NCBI GenBank assembly: GCA_964237095.1
Contig: CAXSIB010000001.1
Location: 1 to 28,011 of the forward strand
Length of the DNA: 28,011 bases
Direction: 5' to 3'
From: an uncultured Actinomycetales bacterium
GTDB taxonomy: Bacteria > Actinomycetota > Actinomycetes > CAXTBU01
Positions 1-8,203 of this stretch are shown here, in pieces. Both the position numbers and the translations under genes were made by a program. Numbering within the stretch: position 1 is the first letter of the stretch; each line of letters starts with the position of its first letter. The notes under the pieces are model-generated. The model searched no databases. It worked only from the letters and a program-made list of their open reading frames with translations, and was not told where the DNA came from.

Positions 1-134
1 CTTCGGTGCCGAGCCGTTGCACTCGACCGTGGGGCGGCCGCCGCGGGGCCCGCGGCCCCGAAGGCGGTCGCGCCGAGCAGCGACAGGGCCGCACCCGCGG
101 CCAGCGCGGTCGACTTGGACGGACGTCTCTTCAT
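1..134 (-). CDS. Secreted protein, 5' end only (truncated by window edge)
   Basis: ATG at 134 with GGAG 5 nt upstream; reads MKRRPSKSTALAAGAALSLLGATAFGAAGPAAAAHGRVQRLGTE (basic n-region, hydrophobic h-region, AAA cleavage motif); frame open to the edge; not in the ORF track. Confidence 0.75.
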   Translation of the reverse strand, partial: MKRRPSKSTALAAGAALSLLGATAFGAAGPAAAAPRSSATARHR

Positions 135-326
135 GCGACTCCAGTCGGGTGGGGGCGGCAGCGCCCCAGCTCCGGGCGCGACCCCCGACGGGGCGGCGTC
201 CACGACGGGCGTCAACGTACGCGGCGGTCACCTGCACCGCCAGGGTGGCGCCCCGATCTCCGGCGTGGTGCGGGGGTGGGGGACACCGGTCGCGGGTCGT
301 GGGTCCGCGGGGCTCGGCGGCGAAGG

Positions 327-1304
327 TCAGCCGGTGGTGAGGCGGGACTCGTCCAGCTCGAGCTGGAGGGTCGTCCCGCCCACGGTGATCCGGGAGCCGT
401 CCCGCACGGGTGCCTGGGACACGCGCCGGCCGTCGACGACGGACCCGTTGGTCGAGCCGAGGTCCACGACCTCGAGGGTGTAGCGGGTGCCCGACCACTG
501 GATGCGGAGCTCCGCGTGGTGACGGGACACCCCGGGATCGTCGACCCGCACGTCGGCGTCCGACGCGCGGCCGATGACCACCCCGGGGGGCTCGACGGCG
601 ATCCGGTCGCCCCCGAGCACCTGCAGGTGGGCGAACGGGACCGGCTCGCGACGGTCCGCGGCCCGGTCCGCGCCGTCGTCGTCCGCCGCGCCGGACCTGG
701 TCACCCCGGTCACCCCGGTGGGTTCGGGGTCGTCCCAGTCCTGGGCCCAGCCGCCGCCGTTCCAGTCCTCGGCGGCCTCGTCGCCGGCCGCCGAGCTGTC
801 GCCCGGGGTGAACCCGGGCACCATCCCCACGGCGGGCTCGGCGACGGGCCCGGCGTAGCGCGGGTCGTAGCCCGGTTGCGACGCCGGCGGCGCGCCGGCC
901 GCCCATGCGCCGGCGGCGGCCGCGTCGGACTCGTCGGCCACGACCGCGGACCTGATCGCGAACCGCCCGGTGGACAGCCGGTCGTCGCGGGCGAGGTCGA
1001 TGTGCAGCGGGCCCGGGAAGAGGTAGCCCTGCATGCCGGCGTACTCCCGGGTCGAGCTGGACAGCTCCCGGACGAGGGCGACCTGGAAGGGGGCGAGCTT
1101 GTCGTGGTCGTGCGGGGACAGGTCGACCACGAAGTCGTTCGGCACGAGCCGGCGGTCGCGCGAGACGATCCGGGCGGAGCCGTCGAGCTCCCGCTGGAGC
1201 GCCGCGGCCACCTCGACCGGCTGGACGTCGGCCTTGAAGGCGCGGGCGAAGACGCCGTTCACGGCCCCCTCGAGCCCGCGCTCGACCCGGCGGATGATGC
1301 TCAC
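327..1304 (-). CDS. fhaA: DUF3662 + FHA domain protein (FhaA-like), 325 aa
   Basis: N-term VSIIRRVERGLEGAVNGVFARAFKADVQPVEVAAALQRELD...LVPNDF; C-terminal FHA motifs IGR, GVSRHHA, DLGSTNG; GTG start 6 nt after CACACT box; upstream part of ORF 327..1667 treated as non-coding. Confidence 0.85.
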   Translation of the reverse strand: MSIIRRVERGLEGAVNGVFARAFKADVQPVEVAAALQRELDGSARIVSRDRRLVPNDFVVDLSPHDHDKLAPFQVALVRELSSSTREYAGMQGYLFPGPLHIDLARDDRLSTGRFAIRSAVVADESDAAAAGAWAAGAPPASQPGYDPRYAGPVAEPAVGMVPGFTPGDSSAAGDEAAEDWNGGGWAQDWDDPEPTGVTGVTRSGAADDDGADRAADRREPVPFAHLQVLGGDRIAVEPPGVVIGRASDADVRVDDPGVSRHHAELRIQWSGTRYTLEVVDLGSTNGSVVDGRRVSQAPVRDGSRITVGGTTLQLELDESRLTTG

Positions 1305-1425
1305 CGGGCCAGTGTGGCGCACCGCTGCGAGGATCCCGCGGTGTCCGGGGCCGGGGCCGTCCCGCGGTGGCCGGATCGCACCCCGCCCGACCCGCCGAGA
1401 CGGCGGCGGGTTGGCCCCGGCCCGC

Positions 1426-1455
1426 GCGGTGGGTGAGAGTGCGGTGGGTGAGAGT
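1426..1455. repeat. Perfect 15-bp tandem direct repeat GCGGTGGGTGAGAGT x2
   Basis: Copies at 1426-1440 and 1441-1455, degenerate third copy at 1473-1485, in the divergent fhaA/idi intergenic region. Confidence 0.9.
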
Positions 1456-1530
1456 GGAGCCCGGGCCGGGCCGCGGGTGGGAGTGCTGCCCCGGTGCCGG
1501 CCGCATCCCACGGTCGGACGGGGCGGCGGC

Positions 1531-2121
1531 ATGAGGCTGGTCGGGAGCGGGGCCGACGGGACCACCGGCGTCGCCGGTGCGGTCCGCGACGACCTCGTCG
1601 TCCTGCTCGACGCCGACCACCGGCCGGTCGGGACCGCGTCGAAGGTGGCGGTCCACACCGCCGACACCCCGCTCCACCTGGCGTTCTCGACCTACCTCTT
1701 CGATCGTGCGGGCCGTTTCCTGCTGACCCGCCGGGCCGTCGACAAGCTGACGTTCCCGGGGGTGTGGACGAACTCCGCGTGCGGGCACCCCGCCCCGGGC
1801 GAGGACCCGGTCGCCGCCGTCCACCGGCGGGTCGGGGGCGAGCTCGGGCTGGCGGTCACCGGACTGCGGTGTGTGCTGCCGGACTTCGCCTACACCGCGA
1901 CCGACTCCCGGGGGACCGTGGAGAACGAGTTCTGCCCGGTCTGGGCCGGGCTGGTCGAGGGCCCCCCGGACCCGGACCCGGCCGAGGTCGAGCAGTGGGA
2001 GTGGATCGACTGGCCGGACATGGTCAGCGCCGCCGCCGCCGCCCCGCAGCTGATCAGCCCGTGGGCGGCGCTGCAGGTCGGCCGCCTGGTCGCCGCCGAC
2101 TTCACCCCGCCCTCGGCCTGA
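1531..2121 (+). CDS. idi: Isopentenyl-diphosphate delta-isomerase (type 1, Nudix fold)
   Basis: HLAFSTYLF, TFPGVWTNSACGHP (catalytic Cys), ENEFCPV, SPW motifs; start uncertain, ATG 1531 chosen. Confidence 0.92.
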   Translation: MRLVGSGADGTTGVAGAVRDDLVVLLDADHRPVGTASKVAVHTADTPLHLAFSTYLFDRAGRFLLTRRAVDKLTFPGVWTNSACGHPAPGEDPVAAVHRRVGGELGLAVTGLRCVLPDFAYTATDSRGTVENEFCPVWAGLVEGPPDPDPAEVEQWEWIDWPDMVSAAAAAPQLISPWAALQVGRLVAADFTPPSA

Positions 2122-2235
2122 CCGCGACGGGTCGTCCCGGCGGATCCCGACGGGACCCGGACGGGTCCCGAAGGATCAGTCGACCGGTCCCTGACGGGTC
2201 CCGGCGGGGTCAGTCGACGGGACCGATCCACCGGC
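2122..2235. repeat. Degenerate 10-13 bp tandem repeat with embedded hairpin between convergent genes
   Basis: Units gtcccggcgg/atcccgacgg/gacccggacgg/gtcccgaagg/atcagtcgaccg/gtccctgacgg/gtcccggcgg/ggtcagtcgacgg; inverted repeat cgggaccc-ggac-gggtcccg at 2151-2170. Confidence 0.7.
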
Positions 2236-5200
2236 TCAGCCGACGGGGACCGAGCCGGCCGGCTCGGCCGGGGCGACCGCGTAGGCCGCGTCCGCGGAAC
2301 CCACCCGGTCCCCCGCCGACCCGTCGGCGGCCCACAGCCCGGCGTAGAGCCCGTCGGCGTGCAGGAGCTGGGCGTGGGTGCCGTCCTCGACGACCCGGCC
2401 GGCGTCCATCACGATGATCCGGTCGGCCTGCGCGGCGGTGGCGAGGCGGTGGGCGATGAGGACCGTCGTGCGGGGGCCGCCCGCCCGCGCCCCGGCGCGG
2501 CGGCGGAGGCGGTCGCCGGCGTCGAGGACGCTGCGTTCGGCCGCCGGGTCCAGCGCCGCGGTCGCCTCGTCGAGCAGCAGCAGGTCGGGGTCGACGAGCT
2601 CGGCCCGGGCCAGGGCGACGAGCTGCTTCTGACCGGCGGACAGGCCGCCGCCGCGCTCGGAGACCGGGTGCCGGAAGCCCGCCGGCAGCGCGTGCAGCAT
2701 GCCGATGGCCCCGACCGACCGGGCCGCCGCCTCGACGTCGGCGGCCGTGGACTCCGGCCGGCCGTAGGCGATGTTCGTCGCGACGTCGCCGGAGAAGAGG
2801 TGCGCCTCCTGCGGCACGACCCCGAGGCGGGCGCGGTAGCCGGCCAGGTCGTAGTGGCGCAGGTCGACCCCGCCCACCTCGAGGGCGCCGTCGGTCACGT
2901 CGTAGAAGCGGGCGAGCAGCTTGACCAGCGTCGACTTGCCCGCGCCGGTCGGCCCGACGAGGGCGACGGACTGGCCCGGCACCAGGGTCAGGTCGATGCC
3001 GCGCAGCGCCTCGGTGGCTGCGCCGGCGTAGCGGAAGTGGACGTCGCGGAACCGGATCGGGCCGGCGAGGTGCGCGGGCACCGCGAGGGCGTCGGGCTCC
3101 GAGACGATGCTCGACGGCGTCCGCAGCAGCGTGCCGATGCGCCGCAGCCCGACCCGGGCCTGCTGGTAGCCGTCGAACACCTGCGACAGCTGCTGGATCG
3201 GGGCGAAGAACAGCGTCAGGTACAGCAGGAACGCGGTGAGCACCCCTGCGGACAGGCCACCCCGCGCGACCTGGCGCGCGCCGATCGCGAGCACCACGGC
3301 GGTCGCGAGGTCCGACAGGAGGTTGACGAACGGGAAGAACGTGGCGATGTAGCGCTGGGCCCGCATGCGGGACTCCAGGTAGGCCTCGCCGCGGCCGGCG
3401 AGACGCGCGTAGGAGATGTCCTCGTGGGTGTAGGCCTGCGAGACCCGCAGCCCGGAGATGTTCTCCTGCAGGTCGGCGTTGACCACGCTGATCCGCTCCC
3501 GGGCCTCGCTGTAGGCGAGCCCGGACAGGTGCCGGAAGACCAGCGTCGCCACGGCCAGCACCGGCATCGGCGCCAGGGCGACCAGCGACAGCTCGGGGTC
3601 GACCCCGACCAGCACCCCCGCGACCCCGGCGACGGTGATGATCGACACGACGGCCTGGTTGAGCCCCGTCTGCAGGAACTGCGACAGCGCGTCGACGTCG
3701 GTCGTCATCCGCGTCATGATCCGACCGCCGAGCTCGCGCTCGTAGAAGTCCAGCCCGAGGCGCTGCAGGTGCGCGAAGCTGCGGATCCGGAGCCCGAAGA
3801 GCAGCCGCTCCCCGGCACGCGCGGCGACCACGGTCTGTCCCGCCACGAAGACCCAGTCCGCCGCGACGACGACGAGCCCGATCGAGGCCGCGATCCACAG
3901 CGCCTGCTCGGAGTGCTTCATGACCCCGCCGTCGACGGCGTAGCGGGCGAGGAGCGGGAAGGCGATCGAGGCGAGGGCGTCCCCGACGACGAGCAGCAGT
4001 GCGAGCACCAGCAGGCCGCGGACCGGGCGGATCAGCCGGGAGAAGCGGAAGTCGGGCTGGGGCGCCCGGATGTCCTCCCCGGGCAGCACCGGCTCCTCCG
4101 TCGACGGCGGGAGCGCCGCCACCAGCTCGAGCAGCTCCGGGCTCGCGGGGATCGCCCCGGCGATCGCGGCCATGCCGCCCATCCCGCCGCCACCGCCGCC
4201 GCCACCGCCGCGTCCGGCCCGCATCCCGGGCATCCCCGAGATGCCCGCGCCGACCCGCGCGGTCGAGCCGGCGTGGACCCCGACCCCGTCGTGGTCCGTG
4301 TGGTCGGCACCGGCGCCGAGAGGGTCGTCGAGGCGTGGGCGGTCCGCGTCGTCCCGCTCGCTCGCGGCGGACCCGTCGCCGTCCATGACCCGGTCCCGCT
4401 CGGCCATGAGCCGGGCGATCTCGTCGACCGCGGGCACCGCCGGCCACAGTGCGGGGGTGATGCCCGTGGCCGCGTCCGGCCGGTCGGCGGCGTTCGCCGT
4501 GCGGTCGCTGTCGGCCTGCAGTGTGGCCCGGACCAGCGCCGCGGCGTCCGCGGCGACCAGCTGGGCGGGCGTCCGCGCGATCTCCGCCCCGGCGGCGTCC
4601 AGCTGGACGGCGTCGGGGTCGAGGGCGTCGTCCGGGCCCGCGAGCATCGCGACGAACTGCGCGTTGCGGGCCGTCAGCTCCGCCTCGGTGCCGATGTCGA
4701 CGACCCGGCCGCGGTCGAGGACCGCGATCCGGTCGGCGAGGGCCAGGGTGGAGCGGCGGTGCGCGATGAGGACGGTGGTGAGCCCGCGCGTGACCTCGGC
4801 GAGGGCGTCGTGGATCCGGGCCTCGGTGGCGGTGTCCACGGCGGAGGTCGCGTCGTCCAGGACGAGCACCCGGGGCCGGCAGAGCAGGGCGCGGGCGAGG
4901 GCGATCCGCTGGCGCTGGCCGCCGGACAGGGTCAGCCCGCGCTCGCCGACCACGGTGTCGTACCCGTCGGGGAGGGCCTCCACGAAGTCCTCGGCGGCGG
5001 CCGCCCGGGCCGCGGCGCGGACCTCGGCATCGCTCGCGTCGGGGCGGCCGTAGGCGATGTTGGCCCGGATGCTGTCGGAGAAGAGGAAGGCCTCCTCGAA
5101 GACCAGCCCGACGGCCCGGCGCAGCTCGTGCATCGACACGTCGGTGACGTCGACGCCGCCGAGGGAGATCGAGCCGGCCGACGGGTCGTAGAAGCGGCCG

Positions 5201-6393
5201 AGCAGCAGGGACACCGTGGACTTGCCCGACCCGGAGCCGCCGACGAGGGCGACCGTCTCCCCGGGCGCCACGCTCAGGTCGAGTCCGACGAGGACCGGGT
5301 CGGCGGCGGTGTACCCGAAGTGGACGTCGCGGAGCTCCAGCCCGAGGGGGCCGTCGGGCACCGCCACCGGGTGGGCGGCCTCGGTGATCGTCGGCCGGGT
5401 GTCGACGAGGTCGTAGACCCGGTCGATGCCCGCCCGTGCCAGCTGGGAGGTCACGACGACGCTGGACAGGATCCGGGCGACGTTGGACAGCATCGCCAGG
5501 TACGCCGCGAAGGCGACGAACGTGCCGAGGTCGATCCGGCCGGTCAGCGCGAGGTACCCGCCGAGCCCGAGGACCCCGACCTGCCCGAGCTGCGGCAGCG
5601 CCCCCAGGGTCGGGGCGAAGCGGGAGTTGATCTTCGCGGAGAGCATCCGGTCGGCGAACAGCAGCCGCCCGGCCCGCTCCATCCGGGAGATCTCCCGCTC
5701 CTCCTGACCGAAGCCCTTGACGACCCGAACGCCGGTGACCGTCTCCTCGACGACCTGCGAGACGTCCGCCGCCCGCTGGGCCGCGAGCCACGTCGCCGGC
5801 AGCAGCCGCCGGCGGGAGCGCCCGGCCGTGAGGGCCGCGAGCGGCACGATCAGCACCGCGACCAGGGTCAGCACCGGCGACAGGTAGAGCATCGCGACGA
5901 TCGAGACCACGAGGAGCACGACGCTGCCGAAGGACAGCGGCACGATCATCAGCAGGCCCTGGACCAGCTGCAGGTCATTGATCACGCGGGACACGACCTG
6001 CCCGACGCGCAGCTCGTCCTGCTTGGCCCCGTCCAGGCGCTGCAGGGCCCGGAAGATCGAGTTCCGCAGGTCGAGCTGGACGTTCAGGGACAGCGCGCCG
6101 CCGAGGTAGCGCCGCGCGAAGGTCATCACGAAGTTGACGGCCGCGAGGATGCCGAGCGCGACCACCGTCGCCGTCAGCGCCGTCGTCCGGTGGTCGACGG
6201 CCTGGTTCACCGCGTGCGCGGTGAAGAGCGGGACCACGCCCTGGACCGCCGTGCCGATCGCCGAGGTGGCCAGACACAGACCCAGCAGCCACGGATGGGT
6301 CGCGCAGGCGGCGACCAGCCGCCGGATCCAGCCTGGACGCGGGACGGGGGAGACCGCAGCGCCGTCGCCGGCCTGGGTGTGAGCGTCTGACAT
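2236..6393 (-). CDS. Fused ABC exporter (TMD-NBD-TMD-NBD), multidrug/lipid exporter type
   Basis: NBD1 GGSGSGKST, LSGGQRQ, VLVLDDATS, IAHR; NBD2 GPTGAGKST, LSAGQKQ, LLLLDEAT, IAHR; two multi-helix hydrophobic domains; start ATG 6393 or TTG 6396. Confidence 0.95.
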   Translation of the reverse strand: MSDAHTQAGDGAAVSPVPRPGWIRRLVAACATHPWLLGLCLATSAIGTAVQGVVPLFTAHAVNQAVDHRTTALTATVVALGILAAVNFVMTFARRYLGGALSLNVQLDLRNSIFRALQRLDGAKQDELRVGQVVSRVINDLQLVQGLLMIVPLSFGSVVLLVVSIVAMLYLSPVLTLVAVLIVPLAALTAGRSRRRLLPATWLAAQRAADVSQVVEETVTGVRVVKGFGQEEREISRMERAGRLLFADRMLSAKINSRFAPTLGALPQLGQVGVLGLGGYLALTGRIDLGTFVAFAAYLAMLSNVARILSSVVVTSQLARAGIDRVYDLVDTRPTITEAAHPVAVPDGPLGLELRDVHFGYTAADPVLVGLDLSVAPGETVALVGGSGSGKSTVSLLLGRFYDPSAGSISLGGVDVTDVSMHELRRAVGLVFEEAFLFSDSIRANIAYGRPDASDAEVRAAARAAAAEDFVEALPDGYDTVVGERGLTLSGGQRQRIALARALLCRPRVLVLDDATSAVDTATEARIHDALAEVTRGLTTVLIAHRRSTLALADRIAVLDRGRVVDIGTEAELTARNAQFVAMLAGPDDALDPDAVQLDAAGAEIARTPAQLVAADAAALVRATLQADSDRTANAADRPDAATGITPALWPAVPAVDEIARLMAERDRVMDGDGSAASERDDADRPRLDDPLGAGADHTDHDGVGVHAGSTARVGAGISGMPGMRAGRGGGGGGGGGMGGMAAIAGAIPASPELLELVAALPPSTEEPVLPGEDIRAPQPDFRFSRLIRPVRGLLVLALLLVVGDALASIAFPLLARYAVDGGVMKHSEQALWIAASIGLVVVAADWVFVAGQTVVAARAGERLLFGLRIRSFAHLQRLGLDFYERELGGRIMTRMTTDVDALSQFLQTGLNQAVVSIITVAGVAGVLVGVDPELSLVALAPMPVLAVATLVFRHLSGLAYSEARERISVVNADLQENISGLRVSQAYTHEDISYARLAGRGEAYLESRMRAQRYIATFFPFVNLLSDLATAVVLAIGARQVARGGLSAGVLTAFLLYLTLFFAPIQQLSQVFDGYQQARVGLRRIGTLLRTPSSIVSEPDALAVPAHLAGPIRFRDVHFRYAGAATEALRGIDLTLVPGQSVALVGPTGAGKSTLVKLLARFYDVTDGALEVGGVDLRHYDLAGYRARLGVVPQEAHLFSGDVATNIAYGRPESTAADVEAAARSVGAIGMLHALPAGFRHPVSERGGGLSAGQKQLVALARAELVDPDLLLLDEATAALDPAAERSVLDAGDRLRRRAGARAGGPRTTVLIAHRLATAAQADRIIVMDAGRVVEDGTHAQLLHADGLYAGLWAADGSAGDRVGSADAAYAVAPAEPAGSVPVG

Positions 6394-6489
6394 CAATTGC
6401 CCAGGCTAGGTGTCGCCGGGACCGGCCGCCCCGCGGCGGTGGCCGGCGGGATCGGCGGGCCGGGTGGGACGCGGCGGGCCGGGGGCACC

Positions 6490-7257
6490 TCACGCCTCGC
6501 AGGTCCCGAGCATGTCGGCGAGGGACCGGCGGTCGGCCACGGTGACCGTGAGGGAGTAGGTGCGGCAGACCAGCACGTACCGCTCGGCGAGGGCGCAGCG
6601 GATCCCGGGACGCGGGAACCAGACGGCCGGGACCGCGTGCTCGCAGGGCCCCGGCGCCCGCAGGCAGCCGGCCCAGTCGCCCGGGATCTCGTCGCTCTTG
6701 AGCTGGTTCTCCGCCGCGGAGACCGACAGGAGCTCCCGCGGGTCGTTGGCGAAGTCCAGGCGCTCCCGGGCCGGCCACGTCCGGGCGCCGAGGTCCCACG
6801 CGGCGGCGAGGGGGACGAGGTGGTCGATCTGGATGGTGGTCGTCGCCCGCCCCGAGTAGGGGTCGCGGAGGACGGCCGCCGACCCGCGGTCCCGGCGGAT
6901 GACGTCGGTGCGGGTGTCGACCCCGTCGTGGCCGTCGGCCACGTCGACGTCGTCCGACCAGGCCGGGCCGAAGACGCAGGTGTGCCCGCTCCCGCAGGAG
7001 CGGTCGTACCCCGCGACGTGCGGGCGGGCGGGGACGACCGCGAGAGCGGCGAGGGCGGCGCGGCTGGCGGCCGCCGGCCCGAGGGGGACCAGCGGGACCG
7101 ACAGGTCGGCCGCGACCGGCACCGGACGGCCGTCGCCGCGCAGCGCTCCCAGCAGGAGCGAGGTGGTGACGGCGAACAGCGCGACCAGCAGCGCGTCACG
7201 CGCCAGCCGCACGGCGCGCCGGGCCGGCGGCACCTGGTCCCCCTCGTCGACGGCCAC
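6490..7257 (-). CDS. DUF1524/GmrSD-C-type HNH nuclease with N-terminal hydrophobic anchor
   Basis: YDR..FGPAWSDD, DPYSG, IQIDHLVPLAAAWDLGA, FANDP.ELLSVSAAENQLKSD; hydrophobic ALLVALFAVTTSLLLGAL near N-terminus. Confidence 0.85.
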   Translation of the reverse strand: MAVDEGDQVPPARRAVRLARDALLVALFAVTTSLLLGALRGDGRPVPVAADLSVPLVPLGPAAASRAALAALAVVPARPHVAGYDRSCGSGHTCVFGPAWSDDVDVADGHDGVDTRTDVIRRDRGSAAVLRDPYSGRATTTIQIDHLVPLAAAWDLGARTWPARERLDFANDPRELLSVSAAENQLKSDEIPGDWAGCLRAPGPCEHAVPAVWFPRPGIRCALAERYVLVCRTYSLTVTVADRRSLADMLGTCEA

Positions 7258-7347
7258 AGCCCGACCCTGGGGCGCCGACCCCGGACCGGCCGCGTCGGGG
7301 GAACACGGCTGGGGACGGTGTCCCCGCCGGTACCGCCCTGTGGACGA

Positions 7348-7376
7348 CGGTCACCCGGTCACCCGGTCACCCGGTC
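7348..7376. repeat. 8-bp tandem repeat CGGTCACC x3.6
   Basis: cggtcacc cggtcacc cggtcacc cggtc read directly. Confidence 0.9.
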
Positions 7377-7413
7377 GGACTGTCGGGTGGGGCGGGAGTG
7401 GGTGGACCGGACC

Positions 7414-8127
7414 TCAGGGGCGCCGGGGCGCGCTGGCCCGGCGGACCGGCAGTTGCGACCGGACGCCGTTGGCCACGTACCAGGTCCCGGCGGCGTCCGC
7501 GCCGGCGCCGACGATGCCCCCGAGGACCGGCACCCGGCGGGCGACGGCGACGACCATGCGCTTGCCGCCGACCCGGGACATCAGCGCGGCCAGGACCGCG
7601 TCGGAGACCGTCCCGAAGACCGCGGGGTCGTAGACCGGCGCGGTGGCCAGGCCCAGCGCCGTGCTGGGGAGGCGGCCGGAGCGGACCAGGCCGTCGATCT
7701 CCTTCTCCGCCAGCAGGCTCGTCAGCACGGCGAGGCGGACCCGGTCGTCGTCGACGTCGTAGCCGTGGATGTGCGCGATCGTGGCCGCGAGACGGACCTG
7801 GAGGACGGCGAGCCCGAGCAGGTTCGCGGGCAGCGTGACCGCCGCGGCGAGGACCCCGCCGAGCCCGGACAGAAAGCCCTGCGCCCCGGCCATGCTGGTG
7901 GTGATGGCCACGGCGTCCCGGGTCGCCGCGTCGACCGAGCCGGCCCGGTTGCGCAGCAGCGTGTCGCCCCAGGCGGCCGCCCCGCGGACCGGCCCGGTGC
8001 CCTCGACCGCCCGCTCGACGATCTGGTGCATGAGCCCGCCGACCGCGACCGGGGCCAGCCGGTTCGCGGCCTCCGCGCTCGCCCGGAGCAGCGAGCGGCC
8101 GCCGCCGACCGAGCGGGGCGTGGCCAC
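7414..8127 (-). CDS. EcsC-family protein
   Basis: AGAQGFLSGLGGVLAAAVTLPANL...QVRLAATIAHIHGYDVDD..VR and terminal RRVPVLGGIVGAGADA; GTG 8127 lies 6 nt after TAGATT (GTG 8130 is the alternative). Confidence 0.8.
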   Translation of the reverse strand: MATPRSVGGGRSLLRASAEAANRLAPVAVGGLMHQIVERAVEGTGPVRGAAAWGDTLLRNRAGSVDAATRDAVAITTSMAGAQGFLSGLGGVLAAAVTLPANLLGLAVLQVRLAATIAHIHGYDVDDDRVRLAVLTSLLAEKEIDGLVRSGRLPSTALGLATAPVYDPAVFGTVSDAVLAALMSRVGGKRMVVAVARRVPVLGGIVGAGADAAGTWYVANGVRSQLPVRRASAPRRP

Positions 8128-8203
8128 CACGCCAATCTAGGTCGGCCCCTGCGCGCGGGCCCGACGGCACCCGCAGCGGCCGCCGCGGGACGAGGATCGG
8201 AGG

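Noticed and set aside
2122-2235. CRISPR array
   Set aside because: Units too short and degenerate, no unique spacers, no cas genes
2210-6390. Long overlapping ORFs 2359..6390 (+) and 2210..5791 (-)
   Set aside because: Stop-poor shadow frames of the ABC gene, expected at this GC content; no motifs
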